NCBI RefSeq assembly: GCF_006345805.1
Contig: NC_043004.1
Location: 101,680,001 to 101,744,000, forward strand
DNA length: 64,000 bases
DNA from: Octopus sinensis
Taxonomy: Eukaryota
Reading direction: 5' to 3'
Shown: in pieces, positions 1 through 13,597 of the stretch
Layout: every line of letters starts with the position of its first letter
Position numbering within the stretch: position 1 is the stretch's first letter
Translations under genes and position numbers: made by a program
The notes under the pieces: generated by a model
Databases searched by the model: none
Told to the model about the DNA's origin: nothing
Seen by the model: the letters and a program-made list of their open reading frames with translations, nothing else

Positions 1-728
1 TTCTCTGTTGGATGAATGTGATACAATCCCTTATTTCTCACAAGGCCGTGTAAAGCAATAGCTACGAAATTTCACCATTTGAAGGAATCGAAATTTATTT
101 GTGCAGAATCTCTTCGTCAGCAAGCCAATAATTTTGAGGATCTATAAGTGAAATATACGAGCTTGTTTGGGTGCAACAATGGGAATAGTTCACAAGGTAT
201 TTGGTACCAATCTGGATGGGAATAGTCGAAAATTTACATTTCTAAAACTTACTGTAGAAACTGAAATGTTTCACATTGAATAAGTTGTAATTTTTCAAGA
301 TACAGATTCATTACTGCAAACATCTACTGCCTCTTCTTTTGCCACAACTTTGTCAATGAATGATTCCTAAGAAATTTAACATGAAGTTGGTTTAAAACGA
401 GACAAAATTTCAAAGTTTTAATAAATGTGTAGTTAACGAAAACGACGACTTTCACATTAAATCTTGAAATCTATTTTAACGAACAGTGGTGAGCCCTTAG
501 TACTAAATAAGGTCCCTAACTTTGTTCTGTGTATTCACTCAGCTGCTACATATTGCAACTAAATTATCTATAAGTCAAACCATACCGCCTTTAATAAGAT
601 AGTATTTAAGACGATATTGGATAAGGTTGTATTTGATATGCGATGCATGCAAAAAAGACGAAATGGTCAAGGTTGGGACGCTTTTGATTATAAGACTGCT
701 GGAAATTGATATGAATTGATATCTAATT

Positions 729-963
729 CAGTGATTCTCAACCGGGCCCCATACAAGATTTTGCTGTTAGGGTTTGTGTGCAATAAATTGGTTATACTTC
801 TACTATATACGAAATATTTAATATTTTTTTTTAACAATTCCTAATAATATTTAATTATAAAAATACAACAGGATTTTTTAAAACATTGAATGGCTGTGGC
901 GATCCAGCTGCGTAAAACAGGAATCAAAGGAGTCCATAGGCAAAAAATGGTTGAGAATCACTA
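729..963. mobile_element. hAT-type MITE
   Basis: TIRs CAGTGATTCTCAACC / GGTTGAGAATCACTA flanked by 8-bp TSD ATCTAATT (721-728 and 964-971). Confidence 0.8.
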
Positions 964-989
964 ATCTAATTGTAGGTGCACTACAGTTA

Positions 990-1430
990 AAAAAGAGAAA
1001 AAAGTGGTATCAGGTGCACTGATGGCAAATTTCAGGACGGAAATTTTGAAGGATGTAGTGTCTCGACAGCTAACAGCTGATGCAGGTACTTTATTCCATG
1101 CTTCAGCAATTCTGAGCGGGGAAAATGTTTCCGAAAGTCATGAGTGTTGTACTACCAAGTCAGTTACCAGACGTTTGAGCTTTAATGTGTCCATTCGTAG
1201 GGAAGCAAGACGGTCAGAGTATGGGAGATGCCTGACGGCAGGTATTCATTCTTTGGTTGCACGTTTCTGAACAGTTTCCAGGGAATTGATATGCCGAGCA
1301 AGCTAGGGGTTCCAGACTGGTAGTGCAATAAGTGTAGACGTACCATAGTCAAACATGGTTTTAAATATTTAAATAGATAGCTGGAGAGCCGCTGACAAAG
1401 GTCTTACTGAGTGACGCTTAGACACCCTCA
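990..1430 (-). mobile_element. CR1/L2-like LINE 3' fragment
   Basis: Minus-strand translation gives VWNP*LARHINSLETVQKRATKR and RIAEAWNKVPASAV...SFK, typical post-RT CR1/L2 motifs; disrupted. Confidence 0.6.
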
Positions 1431-2019
1431 GTCTTTTTGACAATCTTAGAGATGTGGTTTGTCCAACACAGATTACTGTTTAAAATTGAAAAAAAAAGGC
1501 AACATCAGCATAAACTACAAAAATATTATTATCGTCATCGTCATCGTCCCACTTTTGTCCATAATCTTCTATTGTAAGGCATTTAAAGCTATTTACATTT
1601 TTCATTATCTTACTACAATGATGCTGAGAGAATATCAAAAGAACAAAACATTAACAGCAATAGTATTTAAATATAGCGACCATGAAAGCAACTAGACAGA
1701 GACCTCTGCCACCACCACTACTACTACTAATACTAATACTAAGAAAATTTGTAGAATTCTCATACGATTTTCATGAAATAATCATATTAGATTTGTTTTA
1801 TAGACATAAAAATATCGTGGCATTAAGTTGCAGTTTACCAAGTTAAGTCTTAACAACAACAGTTGATACTTTATCCTTTGTAATATATCGCATCTGTAGC
1901 AAAGCCTTTGACCTCTGTATGACCGAGTCTTGTTCTCGTTTTGTCCCCAGATCAAGCCTGATTAGGTACACCTACCAATGTACAACTTTGAACATATATT
2001 TAGAAAGGACAAAACAAAT

Positions 2020-2620
2020 CAACAAAAAATGTTGATTAGTTTCCGTTTCAATAACTCTCCAAACGTAGAAGTCCATGGGATTTAAATCTAGTAAGTTTGA
2101 AGGTCACAAGTTCGGTGTTACATGACCATAGAGATTATCTGATATACATTTTTGGGGATACGAGAGCTTTGTGAGAAGGTGCTGAATCTTGATGAAATAC
2201 GTAAAGCCTTCCACTACATACTTCATCCATCTAGAGCTTAACAAGTGTCTTTGGAACTTCAATATGCCCAGCAGCTTTAATTCTAAGACGCCTTAGAAAG
2301 ATGTGAAGTGACATGACATGAACTTCGTTACTCACCACTCCTAAAAGCACTGGGGTGCTGGAAACGTAGTGTGTATCAGTTTGTGACATCAGAAAGGGTC
2401 TGCACGTAACCACCTGTCATTTCTCCTGTTAGACATTTGATTTTGGTTGACGTTTTTGTCATCGGAGAAGAACCAGAGCAACCATGTTCGTGAGGAGCCT
2501 TATTAAACTCCGTTTGGTATGGATCAAATGGGTTTTCGGTGTCTGTGCACAATGAATTGGCATTTCCTAAGTATATATGACTTGTATCAAATGTTCTCGT
2601 GCACCACAGTTCTGACAGAT
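2020..2620 (-). mobile_element. Tc1/mariner (maT/DD37D-like) transposase relic
   Basis: Minus strand encodes GRLYVFHQDSAPSHKA and P*PSNLLDLNPMDFYVWRVIETETN; stops present. Confidence 0.6.
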
Positions 2621-2627
2621 CATTCTT

Positions 2628-3035
2628 ATTTCTTTATTGCCCACAAGGGGCTAAACAGAGGGGACAAACAAGGACAAAGGGATTAAGTCGATTACATCGA
2701 CCCAGTGCGTAACTGGTACTTAATTTATTGACCCCGAAAGGATGAAAGGCAAAGTCGACCTCGGCGGAATTTGAACTCAGAACGTAGCAGCAGACGAAAT
2801 ACCTATTTCTTTACTACCCACAAGGGGCTAAACACAGGGGGGACGATCAAAGACAGACAAACAAATTAAGTCGATTATATCGGCCCCAGTGCGTAACTGG
2901 TACTTATTTAATCGACCCCGAAATGATGAAAGGCAAAGCAAAGTCGACCTCGGCGGAATTTGAACTCAGAACGTAGCAGCAGACGAAATACCGCTAAGCA
3001 TTTCGCCCGGCGTGCTAACCATTCTGCCAGCTCAT
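2628..3035 (-). mobile_element. SINE family C, two partial tandem copies
   Basis: Reverse complement of the tRNA-like GAGCTGGCAGAA...GAGTTCAAATTCCGCCGAGGTCGACTTTGCC element also at 25066, 33648 and 43233. Confidence 0.8.
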
Positions 3036-4065
3036 TCTGACATCTGAAATTCTCTAACGTTTATTCTTATTGTTTTTCCAATATCATCATAGAAAATGTT
3101 TTGAATACCTTGGATGAATTGCGGTGTTCTTATAGGGTTCGAATGTTTAGAATGCTGTTTTTCATTCTTTGATACGGTTGAAACAGGGGCTTGTAATTCC
3201 ATCTGGACTTTGTATAGAAAAGATCTTGCAACATTTAGAAAGTTGGCAACTTCTAAATCTTTATATTCCGCACATATAACAATGATTGCATGTCTTTATT
3301 TCTTGCGTTTGCATTTTACCTGACATTTTACCTTCTGTAAGAAGGAAAAACCGTTTAATTGGTTTGAAGACAGTAATATGATGACAATTAAGTGTTCTCA
3401 AATACCCCTCGCACTCTGCATAGTGTACCTAGGTTCACTTGCTCAGAATCTTTACGTGACCCCTCTCCCGATGCCGTATTTCTTTTTATTTACTTTGTCT
3501 GGATGAAATGAAATGTGCTCCCGACCATTGCAGGGCCTCTGAGACCGGAGAGCTTGATGTTAATTTTCCGTTTAAAATGTTATGGATCATAATCTGCTGG
3601 AAGGACGTGAAAATAACGAGATTTCAGAAGGTGGATGCTCAGGGGAGGAAGGAATGGTGTTAATGGTCAGCGTCGAGACAGGAGTGTTGAAAGCAACACA
3701 GGTGAGGAGAGGGGGAGAAACGGGTGGATCTGGGGTGCATGACTGGAGGATGTATGAGACCTGTCAGCTCGGAGGAATAGAGACCTTCATATCACATATA
3801 GGGACTTGAATACTCCCCCCCCCTCAAGTTTGCAGCCAACGCCATCGATCACATTGATTGTACTTGACCCAGTCTTATATGCTGCGAGTTCTGCAATATA
3901 GTGTACAAAGGTGAAATGGTTTGCTGGTGGAATGATTGATTTCGTGAATATATCTTCGATGTCTGTAACAACGACCAGAGAGTTCTCAGTCTTTTAATTC
4001 ACAGTTTTAACTTGCCTGCTTACTTCTCTCCCCCTCCCTCTCAGCCACCCGCGGTGTGCAGCATC

Positions 4066-5520
4066 GTCTGCTTTCTTTCTCAATTAACACTATGCCTCGT
4101 TTCCTATTCTCTATCTCATGGTCGCATTAAATCAGAAAATCCCAAAGGATCTTTGCATTATCATTTTCGATGATGCCTTCGGGTTTATGTTCGTACCATG
4201 TTTCTTGCTCTGTCAAGTCCATATTTGTAGCAAAGTGTCCAATGGACAATCCTTGCTATATTGTCATGACGTCTCTTATATTCTTTCTGGGATAGTAGCG
4301 TACATTGACTGGTAATATGCCATACGGTTTCACGATTTTGTCCACAAATTCTGCACTTATCACTTTCTGATGTGTTGTCTATTCTGTATTTGATGTAATT
4401 CGTTTTTAATGCTTGCTCTTAGGCATCACAGATTAGAGCCTCCTCCGTTTCCGGTTTAAAACACTTTTGGTCATCCATAGCCATCTTTTTTCTCTGTCTG
4501 TTTTATCTTCAACATTCCTATGAAATTGTCCATTCATTCTTTTCTCTATTGACCTATTTTCAGCTTCATTCAATCTCAAGTCATTGTACAGTGCATTATC
4601 TTTGCAATCTTCCATCCTACACAAGCCTGACCTTCTTACTTCCAATAATAGCGGTTCTGTAGCATTTTTTACATACCATGCTATGTTGTTTTCTTCTGCT
4701 CTAATGTTGTGTTCGCATTCAATCAGTCTGTCTGTGTCACTTTTGGGTAAAGAACCCCTTATCTAGTCAGCAACTTCCTTGTCTTTCTGTCTAAGCTGTT
4801 TAGTTCGTCTACTCTCCATACGATTACTCCTACTCCATATTTAAGGAGTGAAACCGCCCAGGTATTGATAGCTTCAATCTTATTCCTTCCGTTTAATTTC
4901 GACTTAAGGATCAGTCTCTGTCAGCGCAAGTACTGCACCATAATATTTTCTGCCATTTCTTTTTCCATCAATTTATTCATTTCCAATATCTTCAAGTACT
5001 TATAGCCCGTCTCTTCTATCTGTTTCATAAACACTCCCGACTCTATCGCTAGTCCGTCCACACATTTAATTTTACCTCTCTTCAAGACTAACACACCACA
5101 CTTTTTCAGTCCGAACACCATTCTGATATCAGCACTGAGAGTATACACCGTATCAACGAGGGAATTGACTTGGGATTCATCTTTATTATAAAGTTTGAGG
5201 TCATCCATGAATAACAAATGGTTGACGTTTTGTTGGCGGCTTTTGGATACATATCCAGCCTTTGCTTTCCTCAGAATCAGTATTAGTGGTATCTTGCACA
5301 GTAATAAGATCAGTGGGGACAGGCAGTCCCTTTGGAGGATGCCTCTCCTGATTTCTATTGTCCCTAAACTTCTTCCATATGCTGTCAGTTCCGTCCTCCA
5401 CTTCGCCATACTTTTTCCAAGCAATCGCTCAACATTTGATGCAATACCAAATAGGTTCATAGATTCCATAATCCAAGAATGTGAGATCATATCGCACGCA
5501 GAATACGCTGATTAACATTC
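4066..5520 (-). mobile_element. R4/Dong-like (RLE-type) non-LTR retrotransposon, inverted RT to zinc-finger segment
   Basis: ORF 4921-5490 has RRGILQRDCLSPL, NHLLFMDDLKLY, FGLKKC and GYKYL; downstream on minus are RLILKSKLNGRNKIEAINTWAV, CRICGQNRETVWHITSQC..EYKRRHD and KILWDF. Confidence 0.85.
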
Positions 5521-5644
5521 TATACAACTATCGGGAATGTAGGTGGTTCTCGCCTTCGTCTAACACCACGTCCTCTCACAACGCCTATGTAAGTTAAGTC
5601 GGAGTAAGCGATGAATTCAGCAGGTATTTCTTCGTCGTCTATTA

Positions 5645-5990
5645 ATTCATAGATATAGTATGTCCATATGACAACAAGGTATGCAATAAGAAAGAAAGAA
5701 AAGTCGATAGATATGGCAGGTTAGCTTGGGATGTTAAGCAGTTGTCGTCGCTGAAAAAGGTGGTAGTAGTACCAATAATTGTCGGGCCCTGGGAACAGTG
5801 AGTAAAAATCTTGAGAAGTACATGGAACAAACAGGGGCTGCAATAAGGGTGGAGCACTTACAGAAAACAGCACTGCTTGGGACCGCTCGGATACTCCCGA
5901 TAGTGCTCGAAAAATACGGGCTGACACCGTAGTACATCTCCAGCGTTAGATGCTGTGCAAAGACAATATAATAATAATATTACTAATAAT
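5645..5990 (+). mobile_element. 3' end (RLE domain and tail) of the same R4-like element
   Basis: IDIVCPYDNKV..KVDRYGRL..VVVVPIIVG..LGTVSKNL..HLQKTALLGTARIL followed by an (AAT)n-like tail. Confidence 0.75.
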
Positions 5991-6009
5991 GATATAAATA
6001 AAAGATTGC

Positions 6010-6465
6010 AAAATCCTGTGAGATTCAATAATTCAGTGGGACCACCAGATCAGACATCGGAAACCAGACATTGTTGTGAACAAAAAGGAAAAAAAAAACA
6101 TGTATGATATCGATATAGCATGCCCCGGTGATAACAGGATCGAAGAGAAAGAAGGAAAAATGAACAACTAGGACGAATTCAAGTGGGAAATACGCAAGTC
6201 GTGGGCAATGAAGAGAGTGGACGCGATACGAATAGTAATTGGTGCGTTTGGAAGTATCAGCACTCAACTACCAACATGGCTGAAAAAGATTGGTGCAAGT
6301 GTGAAGATAGACCACCTACAAAAATCATCATTGCTTGGAACTGCAAAAGTTCTCCATGGGGTTCTTGAAGTGTGATCAGTAAACAAGTGTCACCTTAGAC
6401 AGCTGATACTTTCCATCTCACCCAACAAAATAAGCTGAGAGTTTCATTAAAATAATGATAATTAA
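6010..6465 (+). mobile_element. R4-like LINE 3' fragment, second family
   Basis: HRKPDIVV..DIACPGDNRI..IVIGAFGSIS..HLQKSSLLGTAK; same 3' UTR as 60770-61650. Confidence 0.8.
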
Positions 6466-6889
6466 CATTTTAATAAACATGTTCCTTACTAAAAAGTTTG
6501 GAGTAAGTCTTCAGCTTAAAGTTGAATTGTATATTTGTATATATATAAAACTTGATATAAAAAGAATATGTGTGTGTATGTGTGTAGGTGTGTGCGCGTG
6601 TGAATTAGTTTTGTTTTCCCTCTCAGTAGACGAGACTTCTAAGATTTGATTTTTGTCTGTTTGGGAGTTCATTGAATACCTTCCCTACATGTCCATGGGT
6701 AGTGGTTGGATGCTTCTGTTAGAAATTGGAGACCTTAACAAATCTCAGATGCTATCCAGTCTCTTGCAGTTATTTGTGTGTTAGTGGGTTCTTTCCGCTG
6801 TTTGCGACACTATTACATTCTCTTTTCCCACTCTAATCTACAGTAATTTTTCTACAATATGTATACATCAAATTAGCGCATTTTATTTT

Positions 6890-7300
6890 GGAGGGGAACC
6901 TGTCCATAACCATTGTCCCCAACTGCCGTTTATTGTTCTGCTGTTTAATGTTCTTTGCAAAGTGACGACTGCAGTAAGATCAGGAGCAGAGTGAGAATTC
7001 CAAACGGCTGTTATTTCAGTGCGGTAGGATTGTGTAAAGTAGTTGGAGCAACGCTTTGAGGGTGGAGAAGACAAAATATAGGGGACAAAAGGATGGAAGA
7101 GGAATGAGTCGAGGGTCCTTGAGTGTATGTGACACAAGGCAAGCTGGCTCCGAGGAACAGAAGCTGATGTTGTAAGAGTAGACACTATAGAATAGGTTGA
7201 TACGATATGACAAATCCGCACTGCTTCTTTGAATAGAAACCTCTACACCATTCTCAAATTTACTCATGCCAATCTTGGGTCTTTCAGCAACAAAACACAA
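6890..7300 (-). mobile_element. L2/CR1-like LINE 3' relic
   Basis: Frame-shifted minus-strand motifs CSSEPACLV and TQSYRTEITAVWNS resemble the L2/CR1 C-terminus. Confidence 0.45.
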
Positions 7301-8318
7301 TTAATTTACATAAAGCAGTATCGTACTCACCTTAACATAAAAAAAACCCAAAAAAAACACGCAACTTGAATCTTCGAGGTCGCAACAAATGTTTAATATC
7401 ATCACCACCACTAGGGATATCTCTTGGCGATGTTTCATCAGCAATGTAACAAAAGGCGAATTTCAACGTATGGCCTTCCGCTACAGGGTCTGGAAAATAC
7501 TTCCGTTCCATACAGTTATAACCTTATCCCACAACCAAGGGAGATTTACTAAAAAAAAACTACTTCTACATCTGTGACACCGCTACTGGTATTCGTACAA
7601 ACATTCTTGACCACACTACTCAAAAGGTCACCGACTGTTTGCATTCAGTCACTTTTCAAAGCACCGTAATCTCTGATACATAACTGTACTATTCTTTTTC
7701 TCTTCTTCTTTTACCGCTACTAAAATGGGTTCTACTCCTTGGAACTGGCTGATCTCATTCTATCTCCGAAGCGATTCACTCGTCACTTCCCACTACGCTG
7801 TGCATATCCTACACACTCAGGTACCCTACTAACTTCTTCACTTTGTTCCTACTCCCAGATACTCAATCCTCTAGAAATTCATCACAATCTATCCTTTTCT
7901 TACAGCTTCTTGTTTATTGGCTTCGATAAAGGAAGAAGAGCAATACTCATGACAAGAGACCTACCCAGTTGCTTGCAGCAGAAAGGACGCTGTTAAATGG
8001 AAGTGATGTTAAATCGGGCGACAGGTTAAGTTTGAAAATCAAGAACTGGGACGGGCTCTATGATGGACTTCTACGTCGTTTCCGACATTGGAAGACCACT
8101 TTTACAAGATAACTTTGGTCGACCTAAAGCTGTGATAAAAGATACTTGCCCAAGGTGTCAAACACAGGGATCGAACCTGAGAGTATGGATTTGCAAAACA
8201 TTTCCTAGAAGCACGTAGCGATATTTGTAATTGTTGAAAAACATCAGTATCTCCGGTATCTTATTGTTTAGAGCCCCTGAAAAAAAAAAGCTTTTTTTCA
8301 GATGTATGTAGTGTTATA

Positions 8319-8686
8319 GGCGTAGGAATGGGTGTGTGGTAAGTAGCTCGCTTACGAACCACATGGTTTCGAGTTCAGTCCCACTGCGTGGCACTAGCCT
8401 TGTGAGTGGATTTGGTAGACGGAAACTGAAAGAAGCCCGTCGTATATATGTATATATATATGTGTCTGTGTGTGTATATGTTTGTGTGTCTGTGTTTGTC
8501 CCCCATCATCGCTTGACAACCGATGCTGGTGTGTTTACGCCCCCGTAGCTTAGCGTTTCGGCGAAAGAGACCTGTAGAATAAGTACTAGGCTTACAAAAA
8601 AAGTCCTGGGGTAGATTTGCTCGACTAAAAGTCGATGCTCCAGCATGGCCACAGTGAAATGACTGAAACAAGTAAAAGAGTAAGAG
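8319..8686 (+). mobile_element. SINE family A (tRNA-derived head, internal TA/TG microsatellite)
   Basis: GGCG.AGGAGTGGCTGTGTGGTAAG head, GGTTC.AGTCC B-box-like motif, ends GACTGAAACAAGTAAAAGAG; 11 copies in the window. Confidence 0.85.
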
Positions 8687-9479
8687 TTGTGTAATATATT
8701 GCAAGAAACAGCTAAGTTTCTTTCTGTAGCATTTTACAAAGTTCAACCTACACAAGTAAATGTGTGTGAAAAACAAAATAGGAATTTTGAAAGAAGTTCC
8801 TGTAAAACCAGTTTTTAAACCTTAAACGGCTATGGGGGTCTAACAGAATAAAATAGTAATCAAAGGGGTCCAGAGATTTTTAAAAAATGGTTGAGAACCC
8901 CTATTCTCGACTAAACAATTTAAAAAAGTTTTTTAATCATGGATACACGGTTGATTTGGTGATGAAGAGACATGAATTTTCCCAAATAGACAACGCAATA
9001 ATAACCATATTTGCACAATAAACTTAATCCACCGGCATCGGCTTATAAATATTCAAAGTATATACAGCTTATGCATGTACATACATGTATAAACACACAT
9101 TCTCCCCACTTGTACAAACGACAATAGTGGCAACAAATATTGCTATAGTGAAGTTCTTAATTCTTCAGATGCTATTGAAGTAAAATTGGTCAAGCGGGAC
9201 AAAGCTTCCTATATAAGGGTCATGTCCATTCCTATTTATAGACAAAACACTCACAAGTTTTGATCTGTGTACAGAGGAACTCACCGTTTGCTGGAAAGTA
9301 AGTTTCCTTCCTTTAATAGTGGGCGATTCTGTTTCCATTTTGCTTTTGCTTCTTGTATTTTGCATCTGATACGTTAATATATATAACCATAAAAGATATG
9401 CTGCGTGACATTGTAAAATAAAAGGAAATAAATTTTTAGGATATACCAGTCTCCATATACTCTATAGTTATATTTAGTG

Positions 9480-9806
9480 TGAGGGCGCGTGGCTTAGTGG
9501 TTAGGGCATTCGGCTCATGATCGTAAGGTTGTGAGTTCGATTCCCGGCGACGCGTTGTGTCCTTGAGCAAGACACTTTATTTCACGTTGCTCCAGTCCAC
9601 TCAGCTGGCAAAAATGAGTTGTACTTGTATTTCAAAGGGTCAGCCTTGTCACTCTCTGTGTCACGCTGATTATCCCCGAGAACTACGTTAAGGGTACACG
9701 TGTCTGTGGAATGCTCAGCCATTTGCACGTTAATTTCACGAGCAAGCTGTTCCGTTGATCGTATCAGCTGGGACCCTCGTCGTCGTAACCGGCGGAGTCT
9801 TTAAAA
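9480..9806 (+). mobile_element. SINE family B, young full-length copy
   Basis: A box GGCTTAGTGG, B box GAGTTCGATTCC, TCCTTGAGCAAGACACT core; 14-bp TSD AGTTATATTTAGTG (9466-9479 and 9807-9820). Confidence 0.9.
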
Positions 9807-10020
9807 AGTTATATTTAGTGCTGATATACACTCCAGATAGTATTGCCATCCAATGAGGCGAACAAGGAATTACCCATCGGAGGAGTTTACTGCGTGAGTG
9901 ACAACTTCTAGTAGACACAGACGTAAAATATTAATCGATGCGGTTATCGGCAACCTGGAACATAACTGAGAGCTACCAGAGTATCTGCCCGGATAATATA
10001 TCCCTCTAAACACACACACA

Positions 10021-10021
<1 letters not shown>

Positions 10022-10053
<32 letters not shown>

Positions 10054-10587
10054 TGTATGTATGTATGTATGTATGTATGTATGTATGTATGTATGTATGT
10101 ATGTATGTATGTATGTATGTATGTATGTATGTATGTATGTATGTATGTATGTATGATGTATGTATGTATGTATGTATGTATGTATGTATGTATGTATGTA
10201 TGTATGTATGTATGTATGTATGTATGTATGTATGTATGTATGTATGTATGTATGTATGTATGTATGTATGTATGTATATGTATGTTATGTATGTATGTAT
10301 GTATGTATGTATGTATGTATGTATGTATGTATGTATGTATGTATGTATGTATGTATGTATGTATGATGTATGTATGTATGTATGTAGTATGTATGTATTA
10401 ATGTATGTATGTATGTATGTATGTATGTAGTATGTATGTATGTATGTATGGTATGTATGTATGTATATGTATGTATGTATGTATGTATATATCTCTCACT
10501 CTCTATGTATATGTGTGTGCGTATGTACATATATATACATATACATATACATATATACATATTATATATATACATACATATATATTT

Positions 10588-10629
<42 letters not shown>

Positions 10630-10682
10630 TTATATATTATATATATATATATATACACACATATACATATACATATATATAC

Positions 10683-10724
<42 letters not shown>

Positions 10725-10748
10725 GATATATATATTATATATATATAC

Positions 10749-10784
<36 letters not shown>
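10022..10784. repeat. (TATG)n then (TA)n compound microsatellite
   Basis: Direct inspection. Confidence 0.95.
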
Positions 10785-10856
10785 CGAGGTGTTATCAAAA
10801 CGTTACCGAACTAGTTCTGTAGTGCGCTAACAGATAGCAGCAAAGGTTGCTTGCGC

Positions 10857-10933
<77 letters not shown>

Positions 10934-11760
10934 CAAAGACCTTCATGAGGAATTGTTCCGAGTGACATCGCTGTGTTTACTTCGCTAGTTGTGAAGTTTG
11001 TGTCTTTGCGTGATCACGTATATGCTGTAGCCAGCGATTTTGTCATGGGCAGGATGTTAGAACAAAGAGCCAACGTGAAATTTTGCGTTAAACTTGGGAA
11101 GTCTGCAACGGAAACATTGAGCATGCTTCGGTAAGCTTACGGGGACGAAGCAATGAGTCGTACGCAATGTTTCCTGTGGCTCGGGCACTTCAAGAGCAGA
11201 AGAGCGTCCCTGCAAAACCTGCCACGAGCGTCACCCCCGGAATTGTGGTATTGTGCACTGAGAATTCGTCCTTCAGGGCCAGACCGTCAATCGAGAATTC
11301 TACTGCGATGTTTTTGGGTGTTTGAAGGAGGATATTCGGTGAAAGCGACCGGATTTATGGAGCGTGAAGAATTGGATTCCTCACAATGACAATGTACCCT
11401 GTCGCCGAGCTCTCTTTACACGTAGAAGTGTCTTCTACTAAATCCATTCCATACGCGCCCTACTCGCCAGATTTAGCACCTGCGGACTTCCATCTCTTCC
11501 CCACGATGAAAATGTAGCTCAAAGGCCGCCGTATTAACACCGTTGTCGAGATCCAGAGCGAATTGTGGAAGGTCTTCGACTCATTTACGGAAAGCGACTT
11601 CCAGTCCGGATTCCAAAAGTGGAACGAACGATAGGACTGGTGTATAGCTGCGCACGATGACTATTTCGAAGGAGATGATGTTAAAACTTAGGTAAATAAG
11701 TTATCATTTTTTTTTTTTTATTAAACATAACTTGTACGGAAATCTTTTGATACCGCTTCG
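10785..11760 (+). mobile_element. Mariner DNA transposon, degenerate, with internal (GA)n
   Basis: Imperfect ~30-bp TIRs (CGAGGTGTTATCAAAACG / CTTTTGATACCGCTTCG); EQRANVKFCVKLGKSATET N-terminal HTH and PYSPDLAPADFHLFP motif; stops and deletions. Confidence 0.9.
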
Positions 11761-11914
11761 TTTATATATATTAGAAGAAATGAGGTACTCAGAAAATCGG
11801 ATGGTTTATATTTACAGATATTTATTTGTATATTACATTTTTTATATATATCATATAACTTAGATCATGTATTAGCGCTTTCTCCCATGCTAGTGGGGTT
11901 TTCAAATCAAACTA

Positions 11915-11924
11915 AGTATATATA

Positions 11925-11977
<53 letters not shown>

Positions 11978-12078
11978 TATATATATATATATAATATATA
12001 TGTATGTATATCTATATATATATATATGTATATATATATAGTATATATATATATATATATATAATATATATAGTATAG

Positions 12079-12117
<39 letters not shown>

Positions 12118-12154
12118 GATATATATATATATATCTATATATATATATATATAT

Positions 12155-12198
<44 letters not shown>
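11915..12198. repeat. (TA)n microsatellite
   Basis: Direct inspection. Confidence 0.95.
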
Positions 12199-12200
<2 letters not shown>

Positions 12201-12776
12201 AGGTAAGACAATTTTTTCTTGTTTGTTGCACACACGCATTTTTGCTAATACATACGCGGTGAAGCTATACATTAGCGTCGTATTATTACGTTCGCTATTT
12301 CCAGTAAATATCGGTACTTAGTTGTGCCATATATTTACTATTTTGTGTATTTTTCCCTCACGGGCTTTTCGTTACTGGAAGGCGATACTCTAGTATTGCA
12401 TTACTAATTTATTGAAGCTTCTTCACCGTTTTTCGTGCTGTTGGCGTTTCGGCGTTTCAGTCGAGTGTAATAGCATTAATGTGGTAACATCGTAGATTTT
12501 GTCATGGTATATGCTTGGCTGATGAAGATAGAACAAGATTATGGGTGGCAGACATATCTTGTAAAATCGGAAACCTGCAGGTCCCACATTATCCTTTTCC
12601 AGGTATTTCATCTCTCAGATGTTCTCCCTGGAGGTAAGACAATTTTTTCTTGTTTGTAGCACACACGCATTTTTGCTAATACATACGCGGTGAAGCTATA
12701 CATTAGCGTCGTATTATTACGTTCGCTATTTCCAGTAAATATCGGTACTTAGTTGTGCCATATATTTACTACTTTG
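12199..12776 (+). mobile_element. Hammerhead-containing 431-bp unit, about 1.35 tandem copies
   Basis: GGAGGTAAGACAA recurs at 12199 and 12630; related to 45691-46730; flanked by (TA)n on both sides. Confidence 0.75.
12511..12590 (+). ncRNA. Type I hammerhead ribozyme motif
   Basis: TGG-CTGATGA(12519-25)-A.GAT..ACAAGAT/ATCTTGT..ATC.G-GAAA-CCTGCAGG-TC-CCA; palindromic stem III ACCTGCAGGT; predicted cleavage after 12583. Confidence 0.75.
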
Positions 12777-12806
12777 TATATATATATATTATATATATAT
12801 ATATAT

Positions 12807-12858
<52 letters not shown>

Positions 12859-13013
12859 GAATATATATATATATGTATATATATATGTATATATATATAT
12901 GTATATATATATATGAATATATATATATGTATATATATATATATATGTATATATATATGAATATATATTATATATATAATATATATATATATATATGTAT
13001 ATATATATGAATA

Positions 13014-13044
<31 letters not shown>

Positions 13045-13126
13045 ATATGTATATATATATGAATATATATATATATAGATTATATGTATATATATATGTA
13101 ATATATATATATTGTATATATATATG

Positions 13127-13169
<43 letters not shown>

Positions 13170-13247
13170 GATATATATATTATGTAATATATATATGAAT
13201 ATATATATATATATATATATCTATATATATATTATATATATATATAC

Positions 13248-13333
<86 letters not shown>

Positions 13334-13345
13334 TATATATATATG
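12777..13345. repeat. (TA)n microsatellite, degenerate
   Basis: Direct inspection. Confidence 0.95.
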
Positions 13346-13451
13346 TACATATGCATACACAATACGTACATGCATACATATTCTTTTATTCTTTTACTGA
13401 ACGCGGAACTATGTAGTTGGGAAGCAAGCTTCTTACCACACAGCCAAACCT

Positions 13452-13596
13452 GTATGTATGTATGGTATGTATGTATGCATGCATGCATGCATGTATGTAT
13501 GTATGCATGTATGCATGTACGTATGTATGTATGTATGTATGTATGTATGTATGTATGTATGTATGTATGTATGTATGTATGTATCTATGTATGTAT
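13452..13596. repeat. (TATG)n microsatellite
   Basis: Direct inspection. Confidence 0.95.
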
Positions 13597-13597
13597 A

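Noticed and set aside
3790-3830. Polypurine-tract-like GAGGGGGGGGGAGTA on the minus strand suggesting an LTR element
   Set aside because: No LTR pair, TG..CA ends or gag/pol motifs identified nearby.
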